Assembly: GCA_963718895.1 (NCBI GenBank)
Contig: CAVRAG010000008.1
Coordinates: forward strand, 1,088,001 to 1,152,000
Direction: 5' to 3'
DNA from: an uncultured Nitrososphaerota archaeon
GTDB lineage: Archaea > Thermoproteota > Nitrososphaeria > Nitrososphaerales > Gagatemarchaeaceae
DNA: 64,000 nt
A program made the translations under genes and the position numbers. Positions within the stretch are counted from its first letter, which is position 1. Every line of letters starts with the position of its first letter. This document shows positions 29,441 through 39,699 of this stretch, piece after piece. A model generated the notes under the pieces. The model was not told where the DNA came from, did not search any database, and worked only from the letters and a program-made list of their open reading frames with translations.

Positions 29441-30567
29441 CGTGCCATCGAGTCCAAGGTCTTCCGGCTCTTCTCCAGCAGTTCTTCCGCGTCCCTCATC
29501 AGCGACTCGCGCTTCTTCTGGTGCTCCTCCAGGTATCTCTTGACCAGTGTCGCGAGCTCCTTCTTGCAGTCGCCGCACATCCTGACTCCTCCGTAGCACT
29601 CGTCGTACACCCTCTTCGCATAGGCGTCATCGGTCGCGAAGTGGAACAGGTAGAGATCGTAGATGGGGCACTTGTCCGCCTCCCCACCTATCCTCCTCTG
29701 CTCCTCGACCGTCGACCTCCCTCCGGTGAACCCCGCCATGACCTTGCGCGCCGCCGAGGATGGGTCCTCGTTCAGGTAGAAGGTCGATGCAGCGCTTCGT
29801 TTGGACATCTTCGTCGCGCCGTCGAGGCTCTTGATGAGCTTGTGGTAGATCGCCGAGGGAGGGATGAAGCCGAAGTCTTTGTGGAAGCTGTTTGCGAGGT
29901 CCCTCGCCAGCCTGATGTGCGGGTCCTGGTCCGCGCCGACGGGGACCATGATGGGCTTGGGGCCGCCGAACTCCGGGAGCTGGGGCATGAGTATGTCACC
30001 CGCCTGGATGAGGGCCGACAGGTAGAGCCCCACCTGCCTCTCCCCGTAGATCGCCCTGAGCATGTTGTTGGTCACCCCGGCCGAGAAGATCGTGGCCAGC
30101 CGCATCACCCGAATCTCTTGGCTCTGCTTGTAGACCACGGCCCTCTCAGGGTCTAGTCCCAGGGCGAGGATATCGGCCACGTTCTGTATCGCAATCTTAG
30201 AGGACTCCTGCAGGGACAGCCCGTTGTCATTGTAGGCCTCCACGTCGGCGATCGCATAGAAGACCGTGGCCTTCTTCGAGAGCGACTGGAAGTAGATCAT
30301 GTCGTCAGCGGTCATCTTCGTGCCCAGATGGAAGATGCCAGAGGGCTTGATGCCGCTCATCACCGCGAACGGTTTGTTGTTGTCGATGGCGTCGGCGATC
30401 CTGCCGAGGTCTCTCTGTCCGAAGTCTATCCCGCGTCTCATGTGGAGGCTCGGACTCTTGAAGCGAGGAAGGACGGAGTCCATCCTCTCGATCCCGAACT
30501 CCGAATGCAGGCGCTGGTAGTTGTCCACCGAGGTCTCGCCCCAGGGGTCCAGCCGGTCGCTCTCCAC
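29437..30567 (-). CDS. trpS: Tryptophan-tRNA ligase
   Basis: LDPW, HLGT (HIGH), VPVGADQDPH, KMSK, GGR, CGDCK. Confidence 0.95.
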   Translation of the reverse strand: MESDRLDPWGETSVDNYQRLHSEFGIERMDSVLPRFKSPSLHMRRGIDFGQRDLGRIADAIDNNKPFAVMSGIKPSGIFHLGTKMTADDMIYFQSLSKKATVFYAIADVEAYNDNGLSLQESSKIAIQNVADILALGLDPERAVVYKQSQEIRVMRLATIFSAGVTNNMLRAIYGERQVGLYLSALIQAGDILMPQLPEFGGPKPIMVPVGADQDPHIRLARDLANSFHKDFGFIPPSAIYHKLIKSLDGATKMSKRSAASTFYLNEDPSSAARKVMAGFTGGRSTVEEQRRIGGEADKCPIYDLYLFHFATDDAYAKRVYDECYGGVRMCGDCKKELATLVKRYLEEHQKKRESLMRDAEELLEKSRKTLDSMAR

Positions 30568-30627
30568 AATGCGCAGGTCGAACCGACGGATTAAATTACT
30601 TTCTCGGCTGGTTCTCAGACACTGCTC

Positions 30628-31095
30628 TCACTCTCGGCGGAGCCTGCCCTCTACGTCGACCTCGCCCTTCCGTATCCTAGTGGACGATATCGGCTTGCCA
30701 TCCTCTGCCGAGACCCATCGGATGGTCACCAGTGCGAGTGGGGGGAACCCCTTCTCCGCCCTGAGCCGGTTGGCGAGCTCCAGCCGCGACGCGGTCTCCG
30801 GGCTGGCGACGAGTGCCTGCACGCCTCCGTCCACGATCCCGGGCCCGAAGTAGTCGTAGAGCTTGGCGATGACGTACCGCCTTCCCGGGAAGTTCTGCTT
30901 GAGGAAGCGCCTCAGGTCCGCCTCCCTCCAATCGTAGTTGTGCTCGGTCTTCTTCCCGACCCTCTCGACGAACTCGTCCGAGGTCAGGCCGATTACCACC
31001 TCGTCACCGACCTCGAAGCTCTTCTCGAGGAGCCTCCGGTGCCCGGCGTGGATGTGGTCGAACGTTCCGCCGGTCGCGACCCTCCTGAACCTCAA
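30628..31095 (-). CDS. coaD: Archaeal phosphopantetheine adenylyltransferase
   Basis: GGTFDHIHAGH, VASPET, ISSTRIR. Confidence 0.9.
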   Translation of the reverse strand: MRFRRVATGGTFDHIHAGHRRLLEKSFEVGDEVVIGLTSDEFVERVGKKTEHNYDWREADLRRFLKQNFPGRRYVIAKLYDYFGPGIVDGGVQALVASPETASRLELANRLRAEKGFPPLALVTIRWVSAEDGKPISSTRIRKGEVDVEGRLRRE

Positions 31096-31207
31096 ATCGA
31101 GGCTCGCCCCGGCTCAGCCCGAAGTTTCAAATAACATTCGCCACCGAGTCGCCGGTGGAAAGCGGATAAAAAGAGTTGATGAGAACACGCGCATCCCGGA
31201 ACAGTAT

Positions 31208-32077
31208 GTGAAGTCGGGGAGGATCGCCAGGGAGGTCAGGCAGTGGATCCTCGCAAACGTCCGAGCGGGCTCAGGCCTGCTCGATGTGGCGGAGAAGGTG
31301 GAGGCGGAGATAGTCCGCAGGGGCGGTCAGCCCGCATTCCCGACCGGGCTCGGAGTCAACGAGGTCACGGCACATTACGCGCCTCAGGAGGACGAGGTTG
31401 GGGTGATCCAGGAGAGCGACGTCGTGAAGATAGACTATGGCGTCCACATCGACGGATACGTCGCCGATACGTCGATAACGATAACAGAGAACCCGCAGTT
31501 TCAGTCGCTTCTCGAGGCGACCGAGAAGGCCCTGCAGGCGGCGATCGACGTAGTCAAGCGCGACAGGAGGATCGGCGAGATAGGCAAGGCCATCAGCTCC
31601 TCGGCGGAGAGGGATGGATTCAGGCCCATAAGCAACCTGAGCGGCCACACGGTCGAGCAGTACCAGGTCCACGCAGGGAAGAGCATACCCAACCTCTACT
31701 CGCCCAACCTTCCGATGCTGAAGAACGAAGACGTGTTCGCCATCGAGCCTTTCCTGACGCTCCCTGACGCCGCCGGCTATGTCGTCGAGGCGCCGCAAGA
31801 GAACATATTCTCGCTCATCGTCAGGCGGAAGACAGGCAACAAGGAACTCGACGAGCTCATGGACTTCATCTGGAACGAAAGGAAGACACTCCCGTTCTCG
31901 CCGCGCTGGTACGGCGGGAGGTACAAGGAAGGACGGCTACTCGTCCTGCTCGAGGAGCTCGAGAAGAGACGGATGGTCACCTCGTACGCGACGCTGGTCG
32001 AGGCCTCTGGTAAGGCCGTGGCCCAGTTCGAGCACACGATGGCGATCGACGAGGGCGGTCTGGTTATCTTGACCTAG
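31208..32077 (+). CDS. map: Type II methionine aminopeptidase
   Basis: AFPTG, AHY, KIDYGVHIDGYVADT, NLSGH, FAIEPF, AQFEHT; exact start uncertain (about 31175-31208). Confidence 0.93.
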   Translation: MKSGRIAREVRQWILANVRAGSGLLDVAEKVEAEIVRRGGQPAFPTGLGVNEVTAHYAPQEDEVGVIQESDVVKIDYGVHIDGYVADTSITITENPQFQSLLEATEKALQAAIDVVKRDRRIGEIGKAISSSAERDGFRPISNLSGHTVEQYQVHAGKSIPNLYSPNLPMLKNEDVFAIEPFLTLPDAAGYVVEAPQENIFSLIVRRKTGNKELDELMDFIWNERKTLPFSPRWYGGRYKEGRLLVLLEELEKRRMVTSYATLVEASGKAVAQFEHTMAIDEGGLVILT

Positions 32078-32268
32078 GTCTTCGGCGGAGCCTCACCGTA
32101 GATCAGGGTTATCTTCGTCGGATTGCCGCACTTGGAGCACTTTCCTCCCTCCTTCGTGACGAAGTCCCCCACCTGGAAGGGCCTCTTGGTCTTTTGCCCG
32201 TCGACCGGACACTCCTCAATCGTGTAGACCAGAAACTTGGCCTTGCCGTCCTTTGACATCGAGTTCAT
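32074..32268 (-). CDS. Small zinc-ribbon protein
   Basis: CPVD...RPFQVGDFV...CSKC...IYGE; co-oriented downstream of DUF1512. Confidence 0.7.
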   Translation of the reverse strand: MNSMSKDGKAKFLVYTIEECPVDGQKTKRPFQVGDFVTKEGGKCSKCGNPTKITLIYGEAPPKT

Positions 32269-32270
32269 TT

Positions 32271-33386
32271 CTACTGCGCGACCCCGAGGGTGTTGCCGAT
32301 GCCGGCTAGCAAGACCTTGTCGCCCTCCTTCGTCTTCTCCTCGATCACCCTGTTGATGAGGACCTGGACCTTGTCCGAGGCCTCTGCTATCTCCTTGCGC
32401 ATCACGGTTATCGCCTCGAGTATGCTCTGCTTCACCAGTATCGCGTAGACGGGCACCTTGTGGGTGGACGAGACCTCTTCTATCTTGAACTTGTCGACGC
32501 CTATCCCCCCGATGGCAGCACCGACGCCTTCCGCTATCTCGCCGGTCTTCTCGCCTTCGAGCTTGAGCGCCGCGTCCACCATGATGATCGCGTTGAGCGG
32601 CACCTTCATCTCCTCGACGAGCTTCTGGATCGCGACTCCTGGCTCGCCCACGTAGCCCATCGGACCTTCAGCCTTCAGCACGTACAGCGTCCTACCCTTG
32701 TACTCGCCGACCGTCATCACTGTGTCCTTCCCGACGACCTGCTTCGGCAGGTTCGCCATGTAGCGCGAGGCTATGACCGGGCCTATCCCATCTCCCACGG
32801 GTTGGCCCAGCTTGAACGTGTCGACGGCGTTCACGAGGGCATCCGCCTCCTGGAGCACCATCGGCATTATCATCTGGAGCTGGAAGAGGAGCATGTACGA
32901 GTTCGTCTTCTTCCCGAGGAGGTAGTAGTGCCTGACGACCTTGTGAATCTGGTTCAGCGATGTCGCTATCTCGAGGATGTTCTCGGCAACAGAGATCTTT
33001 GTCGGGTCGAGGTTCGGGATCATCTGGCTCACCTCTGCCCGCACCCTCTCGTCCCTGGTGTTGGTGATGTGCTGGAGCTTACCCACAATGCCGTTCGGGT
33101 CCATGTCGACGGGCATTATCGTGACGTAGTCGAGGAACTCGTCGATTCGCTGGGTGGGGTCGCCCGTCACCTTTCCCGAGCTCGTGAAGTAGTCTATCGC
33201 TTCCTTGCGCGACTTGTCCCTCATGAGCTTGAGGCGGCCGAGCGCCCGCGAGATGTCGTTCGCAATGAGGTACATCTGGAGCCTCTGTCCATAGATGAAG
33301 AACACGAAGATCGAGAGCAGCCAGACAACATTCACGAGGCTGTTCACATCGACCAACTGTAGGACCTGACCGGAAATCAACGACAC
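32271..33386 (-). CDS. DUF1512 family protein
   Basis: DPNGIV, PVGDGIGP, VDAALKLEGE, GIGNTLGVAQ. Confidence 0.85.
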   Translation of the reverse strand: MSLISGQVLQLVDVNSLVNVVWLLSIFVFFIYGQRLQMYLIANDISRALGRLKLMRDKSRKEAIDYFTSSGKVTGDPTQRIDEFLDYVTIMPVDMDPNGIVGKLQHITNTRDERVRAEVSQMIPNLDPTKISVAENILEIATSLNQIHKVVRHYYLLGKKTNSYMLLFQLQMIMPMVLQEADALVNAVDTFKLGQPVGDGIGPVIASRYMANLPKQVVGKDTVMTVGEYKGRTLYVLKAEGPMGYVGEPGVAIQKLVEEMKVPLNAIIMVDAALKLEGEKTGEIAEGVGAAIGGIGVDKFKIEEVSSTHKVPVYAILVKQSILEAITVMRKEIAEASDKVQVLINRVIEEKTKEGDKVLLAGIGNTLGVAQ

Positions 33387-33476
33387 TCTATTGCACTAAA
33401 GAGGCTGGTCGCGGGCACCTAAACTTAAACGTTTTACAGAACAGAAAATGCAAGAAAAGTTGATGGAAGGGAATGG

Positions 33477-33593
33477 GTGCCGGCACTTGGACTTCGCGAG
33501 AGCTCTCGCACCTCACTAACACCCAAGCGACGTGTGGTTTGACGTCTGGGTTCGGAATGAGACCAGGTCGGACCCACACGCTATGGCCGGCTG
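33477..33593 (-). rRNA. rrf: 5S rRNA (stand-alone)
   Basis: Reverse complement GCCGGCCATAGC...CTCATTCCGAACCCAGACGTCAAACC...AGTGAGGTGCGAGAGCTCTCGCGAAG...TGCCGGC. Confidence 0.95.
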
Positions 33594-33644
33594 AGGAAGC
33601 CGTCCTGGCGCGGCTAGATTAACCTTTCCAATCTGCCGAATCCC

Positions 33645-33977
33645 GTGAGCACAACGGTCGAAGCGCCCAAACGCATAAGAGCAGAAAAGTCTCCCGGAGT
33701 GGGCGTGCAGAGGAGACTCCTGGACATCCTGGCATGTCCCATAGACAAGTACTACCCGCTCAGACTGATCGAGCTCAAGGCCGAGGGAGAGAAGGTGGTC
33801 AGCGGCGTGATACTCTGCGACAAGTGCGGGAGGTTCTACCCCATAATCGACGAGATACCGGTGATGCTCCCCGACGAGCTCAGGAACAAGAAGGAGGACC
33901 TCGACTTCCTGGCCCAGTGGAAGTCTCAGCTTCCCTCGGAGGTCGTCCAGAAGGGTCTCCCACACAACCTTTCATAA
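33645..33977 (+). CDS. Trm112-family methyltransferase activator
   Basis: LLDILACPIDK...LCDKCGRFYPIIDEIPVML. Confidence 0.85.
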   Translation: MSTTVEAPKRIRAEKSPGVGVQRRLLDILACPIDKYYPLRLIELKAEGEKVVSGVILCDKCGRFYPIIDEIPVMLPDELRNKKEDLDFLAQWKSQLPSEVVQKGLPHNLS

Positions 33978-34164
33978 GAGGGCCTCGCAGACATTCATGT
34001 CCGCCTGTCTTCTTCTCTTGCACGATTTCTTGGCCCCCTGACGAAAGTCTCCCTGCGGATTGCCGTCGGCTTGGGTTGCCGGTCCGGGGAAGGAACGAGT
34101 CACGTACCTAGAAGATTCTTCTGTTTGCGATATAATGTTGGTTGGGATCTCGAACCTGAGAGTC

Positions 34165-34419
34165 ATGGCCAAGCTGACGACCGAGAAAAGAGAAGAACTT
34201 CCAGCCTCTGAATACGCCTGCCCTATCGACAAGAAGCTGCCGATAAACGACGCCGCGCACGTCCGGAACGCGATGGCCCGCTTCGACCAGGTGATTACGG
34301 ACAAGTGCCACCCAGTGGAGGCGAGAAACAGGATACTCGCAGCGGCCAAGAGGTACGGTGTAGACGTCAAGGAGTTCGGGAAGGTCAGGGAGTTCAAGAG
34401 CACCTCAAGAGAAGGCTAG
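34165..34419 (+). CDS. Small conserved protein (DUF6582-like)
   Basis: REELPASEYACP..KKLPINDAAHVRNAMARF...ILAAAKRYGV; family assignment from memory. Confidence 0.6.
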   Translation: MAKLTTEKREELPASEYACPIDKKLPINDAAHVRNAMARFDQVITDKCHPVEARNRILAAAKRYGVDVKEFGKVREFKSTSREG

Positions 34420-34499
34420 CGCGGCGATGCGGCGGGGTCAAATCTAGGGCGGAACATTTTTCCTCAGCCTAATAATCAAAAGGATTGTTCTGTTTCAAC

Positions 34500-35036
34500 A
34501 TGGTCGTCGGCCGATTCCAAGTGATGGCTGTCCTGCAGGCCGCGCGAGCGCGCACACTAGGCCTCCCGCTCGAATCTGCGCACTCCTGGGGACTCAATCG
34601 GGCGATATTCTACGCAGCCGCGAAGAGGGGCTTCAGAGGCAAGCAGGCCCCGTCCGGGCATGTGTCTGATAAGATCCACCCCGCCCACGCCAAGTCGGAG
34701 GCGAAGGTGGGAGAATATCACCTCGGAGACGAACTAGCATTCAAGGACGCGGGGAGCAGCAAGACAAGCCCGATATTCTCGATTGGGGGAGAACCACAGA
34801 CCGAGGAGGACTTCCAGAGACAGGTAGAAGCAAGGTTTCAGGGCAGGTTTGGGGAGGCCTGGGAGGAAGCTCTCGACTATCTGAAGCATTTCGACAGAGC
34901 TACCCTCGAGTCGCAGAGCAGGTTCTTCTCCGACGTCTACCGCCCGAAGAGGGATGAGTTTGCAAGCAAGTGGACGCAGATCAGCAACGCCAAGGTCGTG
35001 GGGGTCGCTCCCAGAACGAGACGGAAGAGTAGTTAG
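34500..35036 (+). CDS. Conserved hypothetical protein
   Basis: GRFQVMAVLQAARA...SWGLNRAIFYAAAKRG; codon usage looks coding. Confidence 0.7.
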   Translation: MVVGRFQVMAVLQAARARTLGLPLESAHSWGLNRAIFYAAAKRGFRGKQAPSGHVSDKIHPAHAKSEAKVGEYHLGDELAFKDAGSSKTSPIFSIGGEPQTEEDFQRQVEARFQGRFGEAWEEALDYLKHFDRATLESQSRFFSDVYRPKRDEFASKWTQISNAKVVGVAPRTRRKSS

Positions 35037-35194
35037 AACTCCCCTGATGAGTTGAGGCCAATAAGGAGGATTAGGAATTTCTTGGCAAGCGGAAGGAGAG
35101 GTTGCCTAAGCATCGTCAAAGGAGTGCACATATAGCCCTTCATAAACCCAACTCCACAAGATTCAAAAGGGAATATCACCTACCCTTATGGTCT

Positions 35195-35761
35195 TTGTCA
35201 GTTTCAACCATCGACCCGAAGCAGCTCAAGAAGATAAGGGTCCAGCTTGGAATAACCCAGTCCGAGCTGGCGCGCGCAGCGGGTGTTAGCCAATCTCTCA
35301 TCGCGAAGCTCGAGTCCGGTCTGGTCGACCCGTCGTTCAGCACTATGAAGTCAATATCGGAGGCGCTGAGGTCCCAGATCAGGATAGAGGGCAAGAAGGC
35401 TTCCGAGGTCATGTCCAAGCCTGTCATATCGATACAGTCGAACGTGACGGTCTCGGACAGTGTCAATGCGATGAAGAAGAGCGGGATATCACAGCTCCCC
35501 GTCTACTCAGGGCCCCGACTGGTCGGCTCCATAACCGAGAACCAGATAGTCCAACTCCTCAGCACAGTGGACGACCCCAGGAGCATCCTCAGCAAGCCTG
35601 TGGCGAACTACCTGCAGCCGACCTTCCCCGTCGTTAGCGCAGACACCCCTGTCGAGGCGCTATTCTCGCTCTTCAAGTTCGTCCCGGCTGTCCTCGTGGC
35701 GACGGGAGACAAGGTCGAGGGTGTGATCACGAAGATAGACATGCTCTCGGCCGAGGTCTAG
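35195..35761 (+). CDS. XRE-HTH plus CBS-pair transcriptional regulator
   Basis: GITQSELARAAGVSQSLIAKLESG, SQLPV, GVITKID; start approximate. Confidence 0.88.
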   Translation: MSVSTIDPKQLKKIRVQLGITQSELARAAGVSQSLIAKLESGLVDPSFSTMKSISEALRSQIRIEGKKASEVMSKPVISIQSNVTVSDSVNAMKKSGISQLPVYSGPRLVGSITENQIVQLLSTVDDPRSILSKPVANYLQPTFPVVSADTPVEALFSLFKFVPAVLVATGDKVEGVITKIDMLSAEV

Positions 35762-35884
35762 GCGCACAGATCCCGAGTGGCACCCCGGCGGGACGTCTCG
35801 AGGGCGGCGGAAGCGGTGGCGACGAGACGATCCCGCGCAAAGGTCTCACAAGGCTTAAAGAATCTGAATCGGGCAAACCTGACG

Positions 35885-36904
35885 TTGAATCAGAAGATAG
35901 GGTTGGGTCTGGTGGGAGCCGGCGCAATCGGCCGGGTGCACGCGAAGAACATCTACGAGAAGGTACCGAATGCGACGCTCGCCGCGGTCGCGGACATCGA
36001 CCAGAAGGCTGCGACGAGCATAGCGGATCTCAACGGCCACGCCAAGGTCTATTCGGATTACGCTGACATGCTGCGCGACGACTCCGTCCACGCCCTCGTG
36101 CTCTGCGTCCCGCCCTTCCTCAAGCTTGAGATAACCAAGAAGGCCGCCCAGGCCGGGAAGCACATCTTCTGCGAGAAGCCCATGGCCCTCACGATGCAGG
36201 ACGCCGACGAGATGGTCTCGGCGGTGGACGGCTCGGGGATAAAGTTCCAGGTCGGTTATCAGAGGAGGTTCGATCCCTCCTACGTCAAGGCGAGGTGGGC
36301 GGTGGAGACGGGCAAGCTGGGCAGGCTGCTCATGATCAAGGAGCACAACAGGGACCCGCCCGCCCCTATCACGGGCTGGTCGACCAACCCCAAGAAGAGC
36401 GGGGGAATCTTCCTGGACACCACGAGCCACGACTTCGACGCAGTCAGGTGGCTCGCGGGTAGCGAGGTCGTCCGGGTATATGCCGAGGGGGACGCCTTAA
36501 TCTATGAGGACCTGAAGAAGAACGGCGATTACGATACGGTGACGGTGATGATGAGGCTCGCGAACGGAGCCCTCGGGTTTGTGGACAACTGCTACCACAC
36601 CGTCTACGGGTTTGACGGCAGGCTGGAGATCCTCGGCACCGAGGCAGCCGTCTCGACCTCGATCGGGGAGCAGACCTTCGCGCACATCTACACCAAGGAC
36701 GGGACCTCAAACGAGTTCTTCGACGGATACGCCACCAGGTGGGCTCAGGCGTACCTAGACGAGCTCGTCGACTTCGTCCAGTGCGTAATCACGGGGAAGG
36801 ACCCGAAGGCCACAGTAAGAGACGGACGGGCCGCCGTGGAGATAGGACTCGCGGCACGAGCATCCATAGAGCAGCAGAAGCCGATAACGCTCCCCTTCCG
36901 ATAA
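35885..36904 (+). CDS. Gfo/Idh/MocA oxidoreductase (inositol 2-dehydrogenase-like)
   Basis: GAGAIG, CEKP, GYQRRFD, GGIFLDTTSHDFD. Confidence 0.85.
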   Translation: MNQKIGLGLVGAGAIGRVHAKNIYEKVPNATLAAVADIDQKAATSIADLNGHAKVYSDYADMLRDDSVHALVLCVPPFLKLEITKKAAQAGKHIFCEKPMALTMQDADEMVSAVDGSGIKFQVGYQRRFDPSYVKARWAVETGKLGRLLMIKEHNRDPPAPITGWSTNPKKSGGIFLDTTSHDFDAVRWLAGSEVVRVYAEGDALIYEDLKKNGDYDTVTVMMRLANGALGFVDNCYHTVYGFDGRLEILGTEAAVSTSIGEQTFAHIYTKDGTSNEFFDGYATRWAQAYLDELVDFVQCVITGKDPKATVRDGRAAVEIGLAARASIEQQKPITLPFR

Positions 36905-36931
36905 GAGGGGGAGGTGGGGGAGTCGGCAGGG

Positions 36932-37675
36932 CTAATCCTTCAGAAGTTTCTGTAGATATTTGTAGTTCTTCTTCGCTGATTCAGCCATGCTCCCCTTGTG
37001 GGGGAAGTCGACTTCGACCATGATCCATCCTTTGTACTTGGCTTTCTTTAGCGCTCGCGCCACCGCCGGCATGTCTACCACGCCCTCGCCCAGGTCGACG
37101 AAGTCCTTGTCGTAGTCTATCTTGGCAGGGTCAACGTGCTCCCTGAGGTCCTTGAGGTGCACGAGCACGATCCTGCTCTTGTACTTCGCTATGAACTTGG
37201 GAAGGTCTATCCTCAGGGCTTCGAGGTGGGCCGAATCGAAGCAGATCCCGGCGTCCGAGGCCTTGAGGAGGGCGTCCAGCTGGCGGAGGTTCTCGGCATT
37301 GCTGCGGACGTGAGGGTGAACGGCAATCTTCATCCCCTTCTTCCCGAACGCGACCGTGAGCGCCTTCGTCACCTTGGCGGCGCTCTTGTCATCCTTCTCG
37401 AAGAGGCACAGCCACCCCGACTCGGCACCCATCTTCTTCGCGACGTCGGCCATGTCCGTCGTCGTCTCATTCAGGGCCATAGAGACGACCTCCAGGCCCA
37501 CCTTCTTTGCGAGCTTCTTGACCTGGCCCGGATTCCTCTTGAGGACCTCCGGCATCACCGCGTACTCTATGCCGACGCCTTCGTAGCCGGCGTCCTTGAT
37601 CGAGCCAAGTATCTCGCTGAACTGCTTGACGTCCTTTATGTCGCCCCATCCGAGGGCCGCGCACGATATTTTCAT
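36932..37675 (-). CDS. Sugar phosphate isomerase/epimerase (IolE/xylose-isomerase-like TIM barrel)
   Basis: HPH, CFDSAH, VHLKD, LGEGVVD, YKGWIMVE. Confidence 0.8.
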   Translation of the reverse strand: MKISCAALGWGDIKDVKQFSEILGSIKDAGYEGVGIEYAVMPEVLKRNPGQVKKLAKKVGLEVVSMALNETTTDMADVAKKMGAESGWLCLFEKDDKSAAKVTKALTVAFGKKGMKIAVHPHVRSNAENLRQLDALLKASDAGICFDSAHLEALRIDLPKFIAKYKSRIVLVHLKDLREHVDPAKIDYDKDFVDLGEGVVDMPAVARALKKAKYKGWIMVEVDFPHKGSMAESAKKNYKYLQKLLKD

Positions 37676-37713
37676 CGCCCTGTGTCACCCTTCTATCTAA
37701 CTGTCAAGGCAGC

Positions 37714-39693
37714 CTAGCCTTGGTTCGACACGAACTGAACGGTGTTGAAGATCACCGTCGACGACTGGCCGCTGTAGACTGGGTCAACGTAGAAGCTGTT
37801 GACTACCTGGTTGTTCCAGACGATGGAGCCCGCTCCGAAGAACAGCTTGATCGTCCCCAGCCAGATGTACGGAGCATCGTTGTACTCCTGGGCCTGGGCC
37901 TTGGTGCAGAGCGCGACGATCTGCGAGGTGTTCGAGGTGGAGGTGAACGCGTTCACGCACGCCTGAACTATCGGGTTCGAGTATATCGCCCAGTTGTTGG
38001 ACGCCGTGTTGTTGTTGGACGAGAGCAACCAGTTGTCCGCCGGAGTGTCGGCCGCCGGAGCGAACGTGCCTGTGCCGAACCAGGTCAGCTGGGATATGGA
38101 CTGAGAGTCGTTCAGCGCCAGCGCGTAGGAGCCGGTCCCTCCGGTGTTCGGGAGAGCGTACTGGGAGGCCGGCGTGACGATGATGTTCACCGTCAGGCCG
38201 ATCTTCGAGAGGTCTAGGGCGACTATCTGTGCAGCGTTGTTGCAGTAGTCGCATCCCTGCACGACCCTGAATTGGAGCGGAGGCAGCGCCGCGACGTTGA
38301 TGTTGGCCGCCTTGAGTATAGCCAAGGACTGGGTCACGTTGTACTGGTACGGAGGCAGATTCCCTAGGTCGTAGAACTGGGAAAATATCGGATATTCAGG
38401 TCCGACCATCGGATTCAGCCCTCCGAAGAAGACGGTGTCCGATATGGCCGTATAGTTGATCGCGTGTACGATCGCCTGTCGGACGGCGGTGATGTTTGTC
38501 GGAGACCTCTGTGTGTTCATTGCTATGCCAACGAACACAGCGGCCTTGCTCGGGAACTGGAAGACTCCGTACTGGCTCGGCTTGGCCTGGGCGAGCGGCA
38601 GATCTTGGCTCAGGATGCCCGCTATCTGGGCCTGTCCGCTCGAGAGGTCCGTGTAGCGAGAGACGTCATTGAAGTTCGCCTTCACGACCACGTTCTTGAC
38701 GTGGCCTGGGTCGAGGTATGGGTTGGCCTGTACCTGGGCGGCTGTGAGGTCAGCGCCCCAGTAGCCAGGGTTCTGTGTGAACTGGACGTAAGAGTTCTCG
38801 GAGAACCCCGAGACGACGTACGGTCCTGTGCCGGGTATCGGGTTCTCATTGAAGTAGGTGTTCATCTGTACCGGCGTGCCAAAGCCTCCGTGGTCGAGCA
38901 GCCACTGTGTGTCGAACATCAGCCCGACGTAGACCACCAGGGCGCCTAGGAAGTAGTTGAACGGAGCCTGCAGATGGAAAACTATGGTATTGGGGTTCGT
39001 CACGTAAATCGGCCAGTTCTGGTTCTCCATCATCGAGAGTGCGGCCGGGCCGGGGTTGATCAGACCACCGCTCTGGTTCAGGAGAGCGATCGAGGAAGGC
39101 CCGAAGTTCACAGGCGCCATGTTGAAGACGTTGTACGACTCCAGGAAGGCCGAACTGTTGCCCGAGAGGTAGTAGAATCCGTACATCTCAGCCCAGACCT
39201 GGTAGGCGTTGAACGGGTTACCGTCGGAGAACTTGACGCCCTGACGGAGGTTGAAGGTGTAGGTCCTCCCATCCGCAGACTGGGTGAAGTTACTCGCCAG
39301 GTCCGGCAGGTACTGCACCGTCCCCTGCTTGTAGAGCGCGCTCGCGTTGAGCGTGATGAGGGGCTGGTAGACCGTGTAGGTCAGCCAGTTTGGATACGGG
39401 ACCTCGCCTATGGCGGTAAGCTGGTCGAGGTCCGCCGGCGCAGGCCAGAAGACATCGTCGATCGTGAGCGTGTTCGGCGCGCTCGAACTCGACGTGGTGC
39501 TGCTGCTATTGCTCGACGAATTGTTGGAGCCCGAGAAGTAGATGAAAGCCACCGCGGCTACGACGATGAGGACAATTACAACAGCTGCGACCGCCATGCG
39601 GCCTATCGCAGACCTGCGACTCGCTAAGAATTGCAAGACTAAGGGCGAAATGTGCCCAGAACTGTATTTAAGCGTTCTTCGGTCTAGACTCAC
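37714..39693 (-). CDS. ABC transporter substrate-binding protein, family 5 (OppA/DppA-like), no adjacent permease
   Basis: PDLAS...YTFNLRQGVKFSDG, PGTGPY, NPGYW, VRQAI; N-terminal RRSA|IG plus hydrophobic helix and Ser/Thr linker. Confidence 0.85.
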   Translation of the reverse strand: MSLDRRTLKYSSGHISPLVLQFLASRRSAIGRMAVAAVVIVLIVVAAVAFIYFSGSNNSSSNSSSTTSSSSAPNTLTIDDVFWPAPADLDQLTAIGEVPYPNWLTYTVYQPLITLNASALYKQGTVQYLPDLASNFTQSADGRTYTFNLRQGVKFSDGNPFNAYQVWAEMYGFYYLSGNSSAFLESYNVFNMAPVNFGPSSIALLNQSGGLINPGPAALSMMENQNWPIYVTNPNTIVFHLQAPFNYFLGALVVYVGLMFDTQWLLDHGGFGTPVQMNTYFNENPIPGTGPYVVSGFSENSYVQFTQNPGYWGADLTAAQVQANPYLDPGHVKNVVVKANFNDVSRYTDLSSGQAQIAGILSQDLPLAQAKPSQYGVFQFPSKAAVFVGIAMNTQRSPTNITAVRQAIVHAINYTAISDTVFFGGLNPMVGPEYPIFSQFYDLGNLPPYQYNVTQSLAILKAANINVAALPPLQFRVVQGCDYCNNAAQIVALDLSKIGLTVNIIVTPASQYALPNTGGTGSYALALNDSQSISQLTWFGTGTFAPAADTPADNWLLSSNNNTASNNWAIYSNPIVQACVNAFTSTSNTSQIVALCTKAQAQEYNDAPYIWLGTIKLFFGAGSIVWNNQVVNSFYVDPVYSGQSSTVIFNTVQFVSNQG

Positions 39694-39699
39694 TCAGCT

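Noticed and set aside
35044-35066. Hammerhead ribozyme (CTGATGAG plus short stem)
   Set aside because: The required GAAA after stem II is missing and stems I and III do not form.
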